Assembly: GCA_046563655.1 (NCBI GenBank)
Contig: CM102290.1
Location: 6,510,001-6,574,000, forward strand
From: Yuukianura sp. NJ FZ-2021
Taxonomy: Eukaryota
Length of the DNA stretch: 64,000 bases
Reading direction: 5' to 3'
Shown: positions 52,229-63,349 of the stretch, one piece after another
How the letters are laid out: each line of letters opens with the position of its first letter
Position numbering within the stretch: the first letter of the stretch is position 1
Notes under the pieces: model-generated
What the model was told of the DNA's origin: nothing
Database searches by the model: none
Seen by the model: only the letters and a program-made list of their open reading frames with translations
Position numbers and translations under genes: made by a program

Positions 52229-52786
52229 TTACAATCTTTTGAGTTTCAAAAGTCCTTCCATCAAACAGTCGTATAACTCAACGGGCAAAGCAACTCCGAC
52301 ACTTTGATCAAATTGATTCTTAATGTGCAAGTGTGTTGTTCCAGAAAATCCGTTTTCATTTCCAAATAAAAGTTGCCAACCGTCTTCCAAGTTAATTTGA
52401 GGTGGAGGAAATGGTTTAGGAAATTCTTTCCGGACTTCAACGACCATAGAAAGGGATGTAACCTTCTTTGCACGTTGATTAGGTGTAGATTGCCGTCTAA
52501 TTTTTTTTCCACCTCCAGTTCTGCGACAAGTTTGCTCAGATTCAGGTTCAGTTGTAGGTTGAGGAGTTGGGTGGATGACAGTGTTAATATATGTATCCAT
52601 TTCGGTAGCAAATGTAGAAGTAGTTGGAGAAGTAGCTGGTTTGTCCATAGTACGTTGCCTTCCAAGTTTATTTAAGTTACAATTGCAGGAAAAAGTTTTA
52701 CACACGGTTATCGTAGTTGTATTATTTCTTTTGAAGAAAAAATTGGATAATGTTTGCCAAATAGAACAAAAACTACAAGAGCTCAT
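52229..52786 (-). CDS. Hypothetical viral protein
   Basis: Open frame between the ATPase and integrase; more likely starts at the internal MDKPATSP. No recognised domain. Confidence 0.4.
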   Translation of the reverse strand: MSSCSFCSIWQTLSNFFFKRNNTTTITVCKTFSCNCNLNKLGRQRTMDKPATSPTTSTFATEMDTYINTVIHPTPQPTTEPESEQTCRRTGGGKKIRRQSTPNQRAKKVTSLSMVVEVRKEFPKPFPPPQINLEDGWQLLFGNENGFSGTTHLHIKNQFDQSVGVALPVELYDCLMEGLLKLKRL

Positions 52787-52799
52787 TCCTCGATAAAGT

Positions 52800-53786
52800 T
52801 CAAACTAGAAATGGTGAAACTTTTAAACGTTCTTCCCTGTAAAATATTCCAAAAATTGAAACCCCCTTTTTGTCTTGGATTTGAAAGGTGATTGGATTTG
52901 TATTATAAATATTTGAAATTGTAAAAATTTCATTTTTCCAAGACTGGGCGTAGCCTTTAGCAAAAGTGGATTTAACTTTACTGATAAGTACTTTATCACC
53001 AACGTGAAGCAGTTTTGACTTTGGAAATTTGAGTCTAGATGTATATTTTGAGTACAAATTTAAGAAAACTTGAGTTTTTGTTTCGTTGTTGACTTGATTT
53101 GGAGTCATTTTTATTGAGGAATGGTAGGAATTGTTATAAGCCTCAACAAGATTTTGCAAAACATGAGTGTATTTTGTACTATTTGAATGAGTCATGTACT
53201 TTGCAATTCTATTCATGAGAGTTCTGTTACACCGTTCAACTATTACAGCTTTAAGTTCAAAACGGGTATTAAACAAGTTTACTCCTACTTTTTTAAGCAT
53301 AGTTTTGACATTCTTATTAATAAACTCAGATCCCTGATCGCACTACAACTGCTTAGGAACGCCTCTTTTTTTAAATATTTTTTGTAAAGTTGTAGCTAAA
53401 AGTTTTCCAGTTTTATTTTTGAGTGGAATAGCGTCTGCAACTTTTGAAAAAGCATCAATGCAGGTAGCCAAATATCTATATCCTCCATTTGTGTCTTTGT
53501 ACTTGGAAAGGTCAACCAAATCAATACAATACTGATACTTCATTGACGGAACCAACACTTTTCGCCGGGGATAACGTTTTCTAGCTTGAACGTGTAAATA
53601 ATATGCCGGTAGAGATGACAGAGCGTTTCCCACAACCTTAGAAAGTGTGGATGCGGAGAGTTTATTTTCTTTAGATTTAAGTAGAGTTTTGAGAATTTGG
53701 TGTTGTCCAGTAAAAGCAAAACTATTTTTAGGGTTGACATACTGCTGCCTAATTTTTTTTTCAAGTTTGAGGTGACGTCGCGGCAT
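52800..53786 (-). pseudogene. Maverick retroviral-like integrase (in-frame TAG at 53343-53345)
   Basis: IDLVDL...YLATCIDAFSK, (stop)CDQGSEF, KAVIVERCNRTL, YNNSYHSSIKMTP and FAKGYAQSW. Confidence 0.92.
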
Positions 53787-53953
53787 GATGACAAGTAGTT
53801 GAGGGGGGAGTGGGGGGAACTTAAATTCAAATGTCAAAAGGGGGCGTTGAAAGGTGACTGAACAAATGTTTTGAATATGTAAATTCTTATAAAGGATTTA
53901 GTAATTTGGAAAAGTTTGTTTATTTGAAAAGTTGACATGCCGCTGGGAACATC

Positions 53954-54286
53954 ATGTCTCTTAGATTACGAAAAAATTGTGACTTTTTGAAATATTTGTC
54001 AACTTGTGCAAAAGAACAACGAATAGGATTAATAAAAAACGCAACAAAGCCTGAAATTGAGTCTATTTGTGAATGCATTTTAAATATTTATAAAAAAAAC
54101 TTTGGAGTGAGTAGTAAAACAATTTCAAAATTGAAACCGCATAAGAAGACAATTCTTTCAATTATAAAACGAAGAAAAACTTCATTATCAAGAAAAAAGA
54201 AGCTTTTAACACAACGCGGTGGAGCTATCCTTCCAATTCTCCTTGCATCAATAATTCCACCAGTACTTTCCAGAATTTTAAAATAA
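53954..54286 (+). CDS. Small basic putative virion core protein
   Basis: ICECILN motif, basic tract, and QRGG followed by a hydrophobic/amphipathic C-terminal helix, as in small Maverick/adintovirus ORFs. Confidence 0.7.
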   Translation: MSLRLRKNCDFLKYLSTCAKEQRIGLIKNATKPEIESICECILNIYKKNFGVSSKTISKLKPHKKTILSIIKRRKTSLSRKKKLLTQRGGAILPILLASIIPPVLSRILK

Positions 54287-54353
54287 AGCAGTGAGAAGGG
54301 AATAGGTAGGAGGAGGAGGAGGAGGAGGAGGAGGAATTGACAGAATAAACAGG

Positions 54354-55373
54354 TTGAAATTAGTTTCGGAAGCTGAATATAAAAAAAAGTTTGACCCTAC
54401 ATTTGAAGTAAGCAGCAGCAGCAGCAGCAGCAGCAGCGGCAACAGTGGAGTTGATTTGACAAAAAGTTTAGATTCAAAGTTGACTCCTACTACTACTACT
54501 AGTAAAGGGGAACAGCTGCAATTTGGTAAACAACAAATTTTGAGTGCAAAGGATATTCCTGATGACATCAAGGCTTTACTTTATCATGACTTTGCGAAAC
54601 GGTTACACGAGAGACGTAAAATTTTAGCCAACCAACCTATTCTTGTTAAAAATGTGGACAGAAAAAAAGAACGAGCGACGAGTGCAAATTTAAGCAGTAA
54701 TAATTCTGGAAACTCTTCTATGATTTTGGTTACTGAACCCTACATTTTAAAACAAATTCCAAAAGTGAAAGAAGGAAAAAAATTGTTTAAACATATGAAA
54801 CAATGTAACATTTTTTGGAATGATAAGTTTGAAATTGTTATTGACGAAAACCGAATTCCATTTTCAAATATTATAAATGTCATTTCATATTACTTGGAAA
54901 ATTCAAAACGAAGAGAACAGTTTCAACCACCTCCAGGTTGGTATGAAGTACATCAGCACCTTCAATCCGCATTAGTTTCCCCCCCACACGCCATAAGAAA
55001 ACTACTAAAGCAATTTAAATCCATACATTATGGTTCCCTAAACATGTCACCAACTAAATCTACTCCAGCGCTTAATTTAGAAAAAACATCTCCAGCTTCG
55101 TCTAGTGTCATTTCATTTGAACCGGGTTCAAATTATTCTACAGCTGATTTAAATAGTAGTACAGCAATAGAAACATTACCAAATGAGTCTCAGCTTTTAT
55201 TGGATGAAGACCAAGAAGTTGGAAGTGGAGGAGTGGAAAGAAGTGGTGTAGTAGATAGACAAGACGAAGAGGGTGTGGAATTTCCTTCAAAGAAACGTAC
55301 TACTCCTATGCTAGCGCGTTTGAGAAAAAGAAAAACTCCACCTTCACTCCAAAAAAAGTTAAAGGAAAAGTAG
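54354..55373 (+). CDS. Conserved Maverick/adintovirus protein of unknown function
   Basis: IPDDIKALLY, IFWNDKFEIVID..IPFSNI and PPGW motifs that I recall from group-2 Maverick ORFs; the start codon is unclear. Confidence 0.6.
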   Translation: MKLVSEAEYKKKFDPTFEVSSSSSSSSSGNSGVDLTKSLDSKLTPTTTTSKGEQLQFGKQQILSAKDIPDDIKALLYHDFAKRLHERRKILANQPILVKNVDRKKERATSANLSSNNSGNSSMILVTEPYILKQIPKVKEGKKLFKHMKQCNIFWNDKFEIVIDENRIPFSNIINVISYYLENSKRREQFQPPPGWYEVHQHLQSALVSPPHAIRKLLKQFKSIHYGSLNMSPTKSTPALNLEKTSPASSSVISFEPGSNYSTADLNSSTAIETLPNESQLLLDEDQEVGSGGVERSGVVDRQDEEGVEFPSKKRTTPMLARLRKRKTPPSLQKKLKEK

Positions 55374-55547
55374 TAAAAGGGAAACAAGTTGGAAAAGGTT
55401 TCAAGCATCGTCCTTCTCCTCCTCCCTTTTTAAATTGGGAAACATACTAAGAAGAAAAAAAGAGTGAGAAAGAAGGGGAGCCCCCCCCCCCTGGGGGACA
55501 GATCGTGCAACTTTTACTAAAAAAGGGGGGATCCCTTACCGTTTTCC

Positions 55548-55710
55548 TTGGGATTTTTTTACCAGCGTGTTCACAGTGGATTTAAATCCAGCGTTCCTCT
55601 GGATTTTTTTTCCAGCGTGTCCACAGTGGATTTAATCCAGCGTTTCTCTTGGATTCTTTTCCAGCGTGTCCACAGTGGATTAAATCCAGCGTTCCTCTTG
55701 GGATTTAAAT
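55548..55710. repeat. Three ~49-50-bp tandem repeats with a GGATTTAAATCC-type palindrome
   Basis: CCAGCGTGT(T/C)CACAGTGGATT... starts at 55562, 55612 and 55661. Confidence 0.85.
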
Positions 55711-55799
55711 TCCTGCCTTAACATTGAGTTTTTTTTAATCCCTGCGTTAACTTTGCCTTGTTTTTTTTTAAGTGTGTTGTCCATTTAAAAAAAAAAGTT

Positions 55800-56677
55800 A
55801 TGAGTTTAATTGGAAACGAAACTTCATTTTATGTTACTTTACAATCTAATGCTTCCATGGACATTTTCCCTAGAAATAAAATTTCCGATTTTAAAAATCG
55901 GCTTGGCTCTCCAATTTTTCTTCCACCAGGTCAATGGCAAGTAGCTTTAACAAGTATTAGTTACACATACGGTAGCCCATTCATAAAGAAAGGAGATGTT
56001 TTATTTGAAAAGAAGAAGAAGAGTGAAGCATCTTTGGAAGCACCTACTTCAAAAATTATATATTTACATAAAGAAAAATCTTTAGAAACAACACATGTGG
56101 AAATGAAGAAGGTTGTGGTACCAACAACTGTTCTCATACCACCCCACCTCCAATCTCATCTTACAAAGATATAACTACAGAATCTGAACTACTTCATGTA
56201 CTTCATAAACTAATTGAGGGAAGTAATTTTGACATTGATGGAAACACATTTTCCTATACTATTCCTCTTGATGAACAAGAAACATTGGAATTTTCTCGAA
56301 AATTATGTGATATTCTTGGCTTAAGTTCTAATCAACTTACCTACTCTCATCAAAATTCAAATGGAAAAAACATTTTTAGCGGGAAAGGAACAATGCCAAT
56401 GTTTTTGAATTCTGGAAATACTAAATTATTCATATATTGTCCTTTAATTCGTCCACAATTTGTTGGAGACGTGATGGTTCCATGCCTCCGTGTGATTGAT
56501 TATGATGGAATTACCGGGAAACAGAAAACACATGAAGTTATACATCAATTCATTTATGATATTGCTGTGTCAGAATTTGAAGTAATACACATATATATAC
56601 GCAATGAAGTTTCTGAACCAGTTGCATTTGAATTTGGTAACGTGACTGTTACACTACGATTTCGAGAAAAACGTTAG
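55800..56677 (+). pseudogene. Minor capsid (penton, PX) protein, frameshift ~56160
   Basis: N-terminal FYVTLQSNASMDIFPRNKISDFKNRL...WQVALTSI and C-terminal LFIYCPLI.PQFVGD...LRVI...VTLRFR. Confidence 0.85.
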
Positions 56678-56690
56678 GATTTTTTGAAAA

Positions 56691-57179
56691 ATGAAACATT
56701 CAGGATTTAACTGTCGAGTGGATGAGCCGAATCAATTCTTTAAATTAAATTATTATACTCCACAATTTGGATACGGTACAGTAGAACCAAGATTGTACTT
56801 TTCTGGAGTTAGGAGACAAAAGGGAGCTGGAATTGGGGGAGTATTTGGGATTTTAGCTAGACGTTTGTTACCATTTGTTAAACAATTTATACTTCCACAT
56901 GCTGCAAAAGCATTAAAAGGCATTGCTATTGATGCGATTGATGGAAACCAAAATGTGAAACAGTCTCTTAAAAGTCATGGTCTTCAGGCACTTAAGGCTG
57001 CAGGGAGGGACGTTCTTAGTCAGAGTGGATTTGGAAGACGAAGACGAAACAAGTCTAAGAAAAAGAAGAAGAGTAGGCGTACTTTGAAACGAGTAGGTCA
57101 TAAACCCACCAAAAGGAGAAATAAAATCAAAAGAAGAAGAAGAAAAAAAAATTCAAAAAAAATTAGGTATATTTTTTGA
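56691..57179 (+). CDS. Putative virion core / membrane-active precursor protein
   Basis: QFGYG, QKGAG and QSGFG motifs; amphipathic IGGVFGILARRLLPFVK; very Arg/Lys-rich tail. Confidence 0.75.
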   Translation: MKHSGFNCRVDEPNQFFKLNYYTPQFGYGTVEPRLYFSGVRRQKGAGIGGVFGILARRLLPFVKQFILPHAAKALKGIAIDAIDGNQNVKQSLKSHGLQALKAAGRDVLSQSGFGRRRRNKSKKKKKSRRTLKRVGHKPTKRRNKIKRRRRKKNSKKIRYIF

Positions 57180-57187
57180 AAAAAAAA

Positions 57188-58525
57188 ATGCCAAAAGTCA
57201 AAGCTTCAAAATTAAAAAGTTCATTCCATGCTGCTCCCTACACTGTCATCCGATCAGAAACACAACTTTTTGAAAAACCAGTCTATGATGTTTCACTTTC
57301 TTCAACTTCAATTTCTGAGTATCATTCAATTAATTCAATCACTGATTCTCAATCTCCACTTGAATTTTTTATTCAATCAAATCAAGTGGAATTTTTAGAC
57401 CTTGCCGAAACTAAACTATATATTAAGGCACGTATTGTTAAAACTGGCAATTCAACTTTAGATGAAGCGGATATTGTTATACCAACAAACAATTTTCTTC
57501 ATAGTTTGTTTTCACAATGTTCAATTTATCTAAATGAAGTCCAAATCACACCCGCAAATAATTCATATGCTTACAGAGCCTACATTGAAACCTTATTAGC
57601 ATATGGAAAAGAATTTAAAAAATCTCAAAGTCAATGTGCATTTTTCTACAAAGATAAAGATCCTAAAAATACGGATGTAAAATTAGAAGGCGGTTTGAAA
57701 ACTCGTTACGATTTGTCAAAATCTTCGAATGTAATTGAATGTTTGGGACGGCCATTCACAGATATCTGTATGCAAAATAAGTATTTAGTACCTGGAATTG
57801 ATGTTCGAGTTTCGTTTCTCCGCTCTACTCCAGAATTTTCACTCATGTCCACCGTAGCTAATGCAAAATATCAAGTGCAAATTTTGGAAAGTAAATTAAT
57901 AATACAAAAACAAAGCCTTCTTCCATCTCTACTCACTTCTACTCTAAAAACTTGGGAACAAGGAAGACCAGTCACTTATCCTCTGAAACGTGTTGAAGTC
58001 AAAACTTATACAATTTCTCCTGGAACTATAAATAGTGTGAATGAAAACTTGTTAACTGGAATTGTACCAGATAGAATAATTTTGGGACTCATTCCTTCTG
58101 AAAATTTTATTGGCACTTATGCTACAAATCCTTTTGCTTTTGATCATTTTGGACTAAATTATATTCATGTTAGTGTAACTGGAGATTCTGGTTCAAGCCT
58201 TCCAGTCCATTGTGATTTTGAAGAGAATCAATACGTACAATTGTACAGTAACCTTTTCTACGGACTTGGAATTTCAAATGATGACGTTGGAATTGATTTA
58301 AATTGGAGTGAATTTAAATCTAATCCAGTTTACAACTTGAGACATATAAAAGACGGATTTCCAGCTCCAAAATATAGAAATGTTAAAATTGATTTAAAGT
58401 TTAAGGAAGGTTTGAAAAAAGCTATTACTGTCGTTGTCTATTCTGAACTACAGTCAGTCTTGCATATCGATAGTTCCAAATCAGTTTACTTTAGAGACTA
58501 CAGCGGATTAACTATTGATTCATGA
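57188..58525 (+). CDS. Major capsid protein (PY, hexon-like)
   Basis: Open ~445 aa with PLEFFI...LDL..TKLYIK, NNFLHSLFSQ, YAYRAYIETLL and NPFAFDHF. Confidence 0.9.
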   Translation: MPKVKASKLKSSFHAAPYTVIRSETQLFEKPVYDVSLSSTSISEYHSINSITDSQSPLEFFIQSNQVEFLDLAETKLYIKARIVKTGNSTLDEADIVIPTNNFLHSLFSQCSIYLNEVQITPANNSYAYRAYIETLLAYGKEFKKSQSQCAFFYKDKDPKNTDVKLEGGLKTRYDLSKSSNVIECLGRPFTDICMQNKYLVPGIDVRVSFLRSTPEFSLMSTVANAKYQVQILESKLIIQKQSLLPSLLTSTLKTWEQGRPVTYPLKRVEVKTYTISPGTINSVNENLLTGIVPDRIILGLIPSENFIGTYATNPFAFDHFGLNYIHVSVTGDSGSSLPVHCDFEENQYVQLYSNLFYGLGISNDDVGIDLNWSEFKSNPVYNLRHIKDGFPAPKYRNVKIDLKFKEGLKKAITVVVYSELQSVLHIDSSKSVYFRDYSGLTIDS

Positions 58526-59037
58526 ATACTAATCAAATTTTTTCTTATCTTAACTCTTTTTTGTCAAATAAAAATTGTTCATTCGATGTAATACCATGTG
58601 ACCTTTTAGACACTTATTCAATTAGAAAGTATCCCTTACTCCTTTGTTGTAACACGGACGAATCAAATTCTCCTGGACAACATTGGATTTCAATTTTTAG
58701 AAAGTCAGCTCAAACTCCGCTAATATTTGTTGATTCTTATGGAATGGGAGCCAACTTTTACAACAAATCTTTTCAAAACTTTGCCTCTCGTCTCAATACC
58801 TACTTTATAGAAAATGCACAACGGCTCCAAAGTTTTAACAGTACAGTTTGTGGAGAATATTCAATTTACTTTCTATTTAAACTTTATTCTTCTTGCTGTT
58901 TAATGTCAATTTATTGTAACTTTAATCGTAATACTGTTTTTAAGACTCTAAAGTCAAATACTTTGTTAGAAAAAAACTTGCATGTAGAAAATTCAATTCA
59001 AATTTTAAAGCTATTCAATGTTGTCAACCTTTTTTGA
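58522..59037 (+). CDS. Adenain-like cysteine maturation protease
   Basis: NTD...PGQHW (His), FVDSYG (Asp), LQSFNSTVCG (Gln/Cys); the C-terminus is probably frameshifted. Confidence 0.92.
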   Translation: MNTNQIFSYLNSFLSNKNCSFDVIPCDLLDTYSIRKYPLLLCCNTDESNSPGQHWISIFRKSAQTPLIFVDSYGMGANFYNKSFQNFASRLNTYFIENAQRLQSFNSTVCGEYSIYFLFKLYSSCCLMSIYCNFNRNTVFKTLKSNTLLEKNLHVENSIQILKLFNVVNLF

Positions 59038-59157
59038 AATAAACAACAAAAATCCAAATCTCTTTTTTTTTCAATGCTTCAAATGCTCCCCCCCTAAACA
59101 AGAGGCTTTTATTTAGTTCTTTTTTTCAAAAAAAAAACCAAAAAAGATTAAAATGTT

Positions 59158-59609
59158 TTAGTCGTGTGGGATTCCAACTAGTTCAGCTCGAAAAGCTTCC
59201 AGTTCGTTCAAACAATTTTGAAGGCACTCAGCCAATTTTGTAACCTCTCCCCTATTTGATCGTAGATAAATGTTGTTGAGACGGCGCATTACATAGGGAA
59301 TGTTCCGAACTTCAAAATTAGTCGTCTTTCCAAGCCGCTTCATGTAGACCCAAGTAAATGGATTTCCACGGTACATGACATCACGACTCCACAAGTTTAA
59401 CTTCCTTTCCTCATCGTCCCACACCGTCAAATCCTCAACCTCTTCAGTCCCTCCTGTAGTAGCAGCAGCAGCAGCAGCGTTTTCCTTTCCTTCTCCTAAC
59501 ATAGAAACAAAATCAGCTATTAAAAAACATCACAAATACTTTGGAAAAGTTATTTTTTTTCCTTACCTCCTGAAGGCAATTCGGGCGAATTTGGTGGAGC
59601 CTGAGCCAT
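59158..59609 (-). CDS. Small two-exon hypothetical protein
   Basis: ATG at 59609 (MAQAPPNSPELPSG), a GTAAG...TTAG intron, then an exon encoding EGKENAAAA...GIPHD. Confidence 0.55.
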
Positions 59610-60011
59610 GGTTAACCGGTTGATGCAAAAGCAGAAAGTGTCGATAGCAGAATGATAAGCTTTATGAACAAAATTTCCTTCTTTTATACCAAAAATTTCC
59701 CACTTCAGCATCACTCCCAAACTCAAACCCCCTCCTCCAAAAGCAAATTTTCTTTTTTGCTGAGGAACATTTGTTCTAGAACCTGTTAGGTATACTTTTA
59801 TTCAATCAGTATTCATCCTCTGGGACATGCGGAAGTGGATTGAACCTTTGACGATAATCACTTTCAATACCTAACAATTCAGAAATAAAATTTTGTTTCA
59901 CCAAATTATTTTAAATTCAAATTCCAGTTGAAATCCGTTCAGGACTTCGACTCCCATCCGATCCTCCTCCATATCTTCAACATCGTGCCAAATTCTTAGC
60001 CTCCGTGCACA

Positions 60012-61313
60012 TCATAAAATACGCCTCCAACACTCCTTGTCAACCACGTAACTTTCCCGCGTACGTTGACTTACCCCACTAATTAATAATACCTTCAGTT
60101 GGTCAACTTCAGTTAAAATATGAATGAAGACTTCGTGATCGATTCCACAATTGAAATCAATTGGACTTCCAATTCGATCTAATTTTAAATAGTACAAGTG
60201 TTTAAGTCCTGAAAGGCTCTGCATTAAATCCCTTCGAGCAATACTACAACCTTTCAATTCTAAAAACTGAAGAGATTCAGGAAGTGTAGGCGTAAATGTT
60301 ATCCGGTTATACGGTTCAAACCCCCCTTCACCTAATCTAAACCTAGTAAGTACATGAGGCAAAACTTCTAAGGTTAACTCTCTCAAGTTTATCATTTGAG
60401 AGAGTTCCACAATTCTAAAGGGTCCCCTCGGCGTAATTGTAATATTACTTAGATCTAATACCTTCAAAGAAGTTAGGCTTCTTTCTACAATAGTACTTAC
60501 ACGATTTAAACTTAGTACATCTAATTCTATTCTAATAGTTTCAAAAGAATTTGGAATTCTGCAAAGGTTCCACCATATAGACACCATACTTGGATGAAAA
60601 TAGTACAGAGGGGCACATACTACGGGAATATTTTTCAAATTTGGAAAACTACAATTAATTGTACCATCAAAGGTACAAGGAGGACAGTAAAATGGAGGAG
60701 GTTCACACTCGACCTCAATTGTAACTAAAGTCGTACGATTATTAATAATAAACTCAAAAAAGTTACGAATACATTTTTCGGAAAACGGGTGGTTGATGGA
60801 AAATCGCTGTAGATTTGGAAAACAAATACTTTTACCCAGAAACTTAGCAACAGGGCCACCTACAAGTTGGTTATGTCTTGTGTCAATAAAGTTAGACTTA
60901 AATTCTAAACTAGTTAACTTATTTAAACCAAAGCACATTCGGTCCAAAATTCCCTGCTCCAACTCTTCAACAAACATTAGGAATAAAAATTTAACTGAAT
61001 TTACCATTGAACATTTTTCTAAAGCTTCTCTAATACAATCTTGGGACACTGGCCCTGAAAATAAAATACTTTTTACGAGATGTGGATACATCAATGGCGG
61101 TAAAAGTGGCTTCTCTGTTGAAGACAACTGCAGAAATTTGATTTTTCTGAATTTGAAAAAATCAAGCGTCGACGGGTCTGGGTGAAACATTGTCCACATT
61201 CCCACAGCGTCTATTGCGTCTTGCCACGTTTTTGAAACGGACCTCATTGTTTTAAGATGCTCATTTTCCAAAAACGACAGAATACCTTCACAAACCTTCA
61301 TCAACAAAAACAA
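60012..61313 (-). CDS. F-box / LRR-like protein, apparently intronless
   Basis: N-terminal CEGILSFLENEHLKTMRSVSKTWQDAI fits an F-box; repeated LxxLxL motifs follow. The start is unclear and the frame may continue past the TGA to ~59910. Confidence 0.75.
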   Translation of the reverse strand: MFLLMKVCEGILSFLENEHLKTMRSVSKTWQDAIDAVGMWTMFHPDPSTLDFFKFRKIKFLQLSSTEKPLLPPLMYPHLVKSILFSGPVSQDCIREALEKCSMVNSVKFLFLMFVEELEQGILDRMCFGLNKLTSLEFKSNFIDTRHNQLVGGPVAKFLGKSICFPNLQRFSINHPFSEKCIRNFFEFIINNRTTLVTIEVECEPPPFYCPPCTFDGTINCSFPNLKNIPVVCAPLYYFHPSMVSIWWNLCRIPNSFETIRIELDVLSLNRVSTIVERSLTSLKVLDLSNITITPRGPFRIVELSQMINLRELTLEVLPHVLTRFRLGEGGFEPYNRITFTPTLPESLQFLELKGCSIARRDLMQSLSGLKHLYYLKLDRIGSPIDFNCGIDHEVFIHILTEVDQLKVLLISGVSQRTRESYVVDKECWRRIL

Positions 61314-61611
61314 TCAAGAATAAAAGTATCCTCAACTGAAATATGATTATGCTCTTTTTTCAAAAGAAATGTACCTCCAAAGGCAAATCTCCCAAACTCA
61401 TTTTGTTGTTAAAAAGAAATTTTGTTAACACGAAGATGCAGTCAAAAAACAAAATGTGAAAACACACTGAGTTCAAATCACAAACAGGTAGCTCCTTTTA
61501 TTCTGCAAACAGACTCAGCTCAAATCCATTTTAATTCAAAGAAGGAAAACATCTAATAGCGACTAACATCATTCTAAATTAGGGGGGTGTATAACTGAAT
61601 TACCAAAAAAC

Positions 61612-63349
61612 TCAATTTTTGGATAAATCGATGACATCATCGTCTGTATCCTCAAAGCGATGACCTGTTGGTGGACTTCCCTCACCAATTTCACTTCCTC
61701 TGTACATAATCAACTCTCGACCCTCCGGAGTATCCTCTCCCGGATCACATACGGTGACCCCAACATTGGAGCCAGGTTCAACTGACTCCAAAGCACCGGA
61801 GACAACAGTAGACGAAGCCGCAGGCTTCTTGGCAAGTATATTTGCCAGCCCTAGACGCACAGGATTCCACCACAACTTAGGCTCTTGTGCTTCTCGCGGC
61901 CGCTTAGCAGCCGGCCCCCTTCCCGAAAAATCCACCTGAATCCTGTTGTCTCCATACGGCTGGCTCATTCCAGGACGGATGGTTAAATTTGGAAGAAGCA
62001 GTAGTTGAGTCAGTGAACTTGGTGGACCAACATTTGGAGCGTTGCCACATTGCATCGGAAGGGTCGGACGTACTAAAGATGTTCCAACCAATGGCGGTGG
62101 GACCACGGGCACAACTGAACCTTCCTGAACTGCCGGCGTCGCTCCTTGAAGAAGAGTAACAGGACCAAAAGCAACAGCGTCCTCAATACGATCTGGACCA
62201 CCTTCGCTTCTACCCGTCGGCACTACCCGAGACTATGGTACTTCTCAGATTACTAAAACAAAAAATTTACCAAAATTTAGTTAATAACAAATTAACTTAC
62301 AATTTAAAAATTTTAAAATTACCTAGATCGAATGAGTCGTTCAAAGGCCGACTTAATTGCATTGAGCTCATGCTCATGCTTTCGGCTTAATTCGATGATC
62401 CGATTCTCCCTGAAACAAATTCAATACTTAGTTAAATTGACCAACAAAACATAACAATCAAGTAAATATGAAGAATATCGTACTTGTAATTTTAACTGAC
62501 CTGCTTATGATGGCATTCTCAAGATCTTGTTTTAACTTTCTTTCGATTATCTCACTGACGCGCACCCGTCCCTCCAACTCCCCTCTCAGTCTAGTAATTT
62601 CAGCCAGTTGAGTTTCCCTAAAAAAAACTTTTAAAAAAAAATTATAATACATTTCAGAAATTTTTCTTGTGAAAAGTTGCAAAAATTGAATTTTAAAACT
62701 TACGCATCCAATTTCCCTTTCAATTCCTCAACTCGTCTGCACGTAACCTGCATGGCACTTGTGACGGCATTCATGGCTTGGCTAAAAAAAAGTTTTTTTT
62801 AGGAATAGGTTGATTTTAAAACGTTATGTATAAATGATTCAAAGATTTTACTTACCTCACAATCAAGTAATCACCCGCCCCATAATTCAGCATAACACGG
62901 AATCCTCTGACCTCGTGTGCCTTGGAGAGAATTGCTGTCGCACACTGCGGGCTTGGAACTGGAAATGGACACGGAGTGCTGAAAAAAACATTTGATTCAA
63001 TTAACTAACCGTACTAGAGTGATAAACTTATATAAAAAATGTTAACCTTCTGCGCTGTTCCATAATGTTGACAATAGTTCCCACCGCAATGATTCTTTTC
63101 ATCAAGCATCTCCTAAACAAAAATATCGAATTAGTTTACCTTAAAACTAGAAAGTTATTTTTTTCAAAACATATTTCCAGAAACTCACCAGTGAAAAGCA
63201 TGGTAACATTCGGTTACCCACACTGATGCGTGTGCGCCGGAAACTTCGACAAAAGCTGGATTATTGTCAACAATTGAAAATTTACACAAACTACACGTAG
63301 CAATTGGCATCGTAACTTGTCTGTGCCTAAGCTTTCGTGTAATAGACAT
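61612..63349 (-). CDS. Multi-exon RING-H2 + coiled-coil protein (putative E3 ligase), with at least one apparent frameshift
   Basis: ATG at 63349; CSLC...CYHAFH|WRC...CP...C across GT/AG junctions (63188/63113 etc.); coiled-coil exons 62330-62780; low-complexity last exon. Confidence 0.7.
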
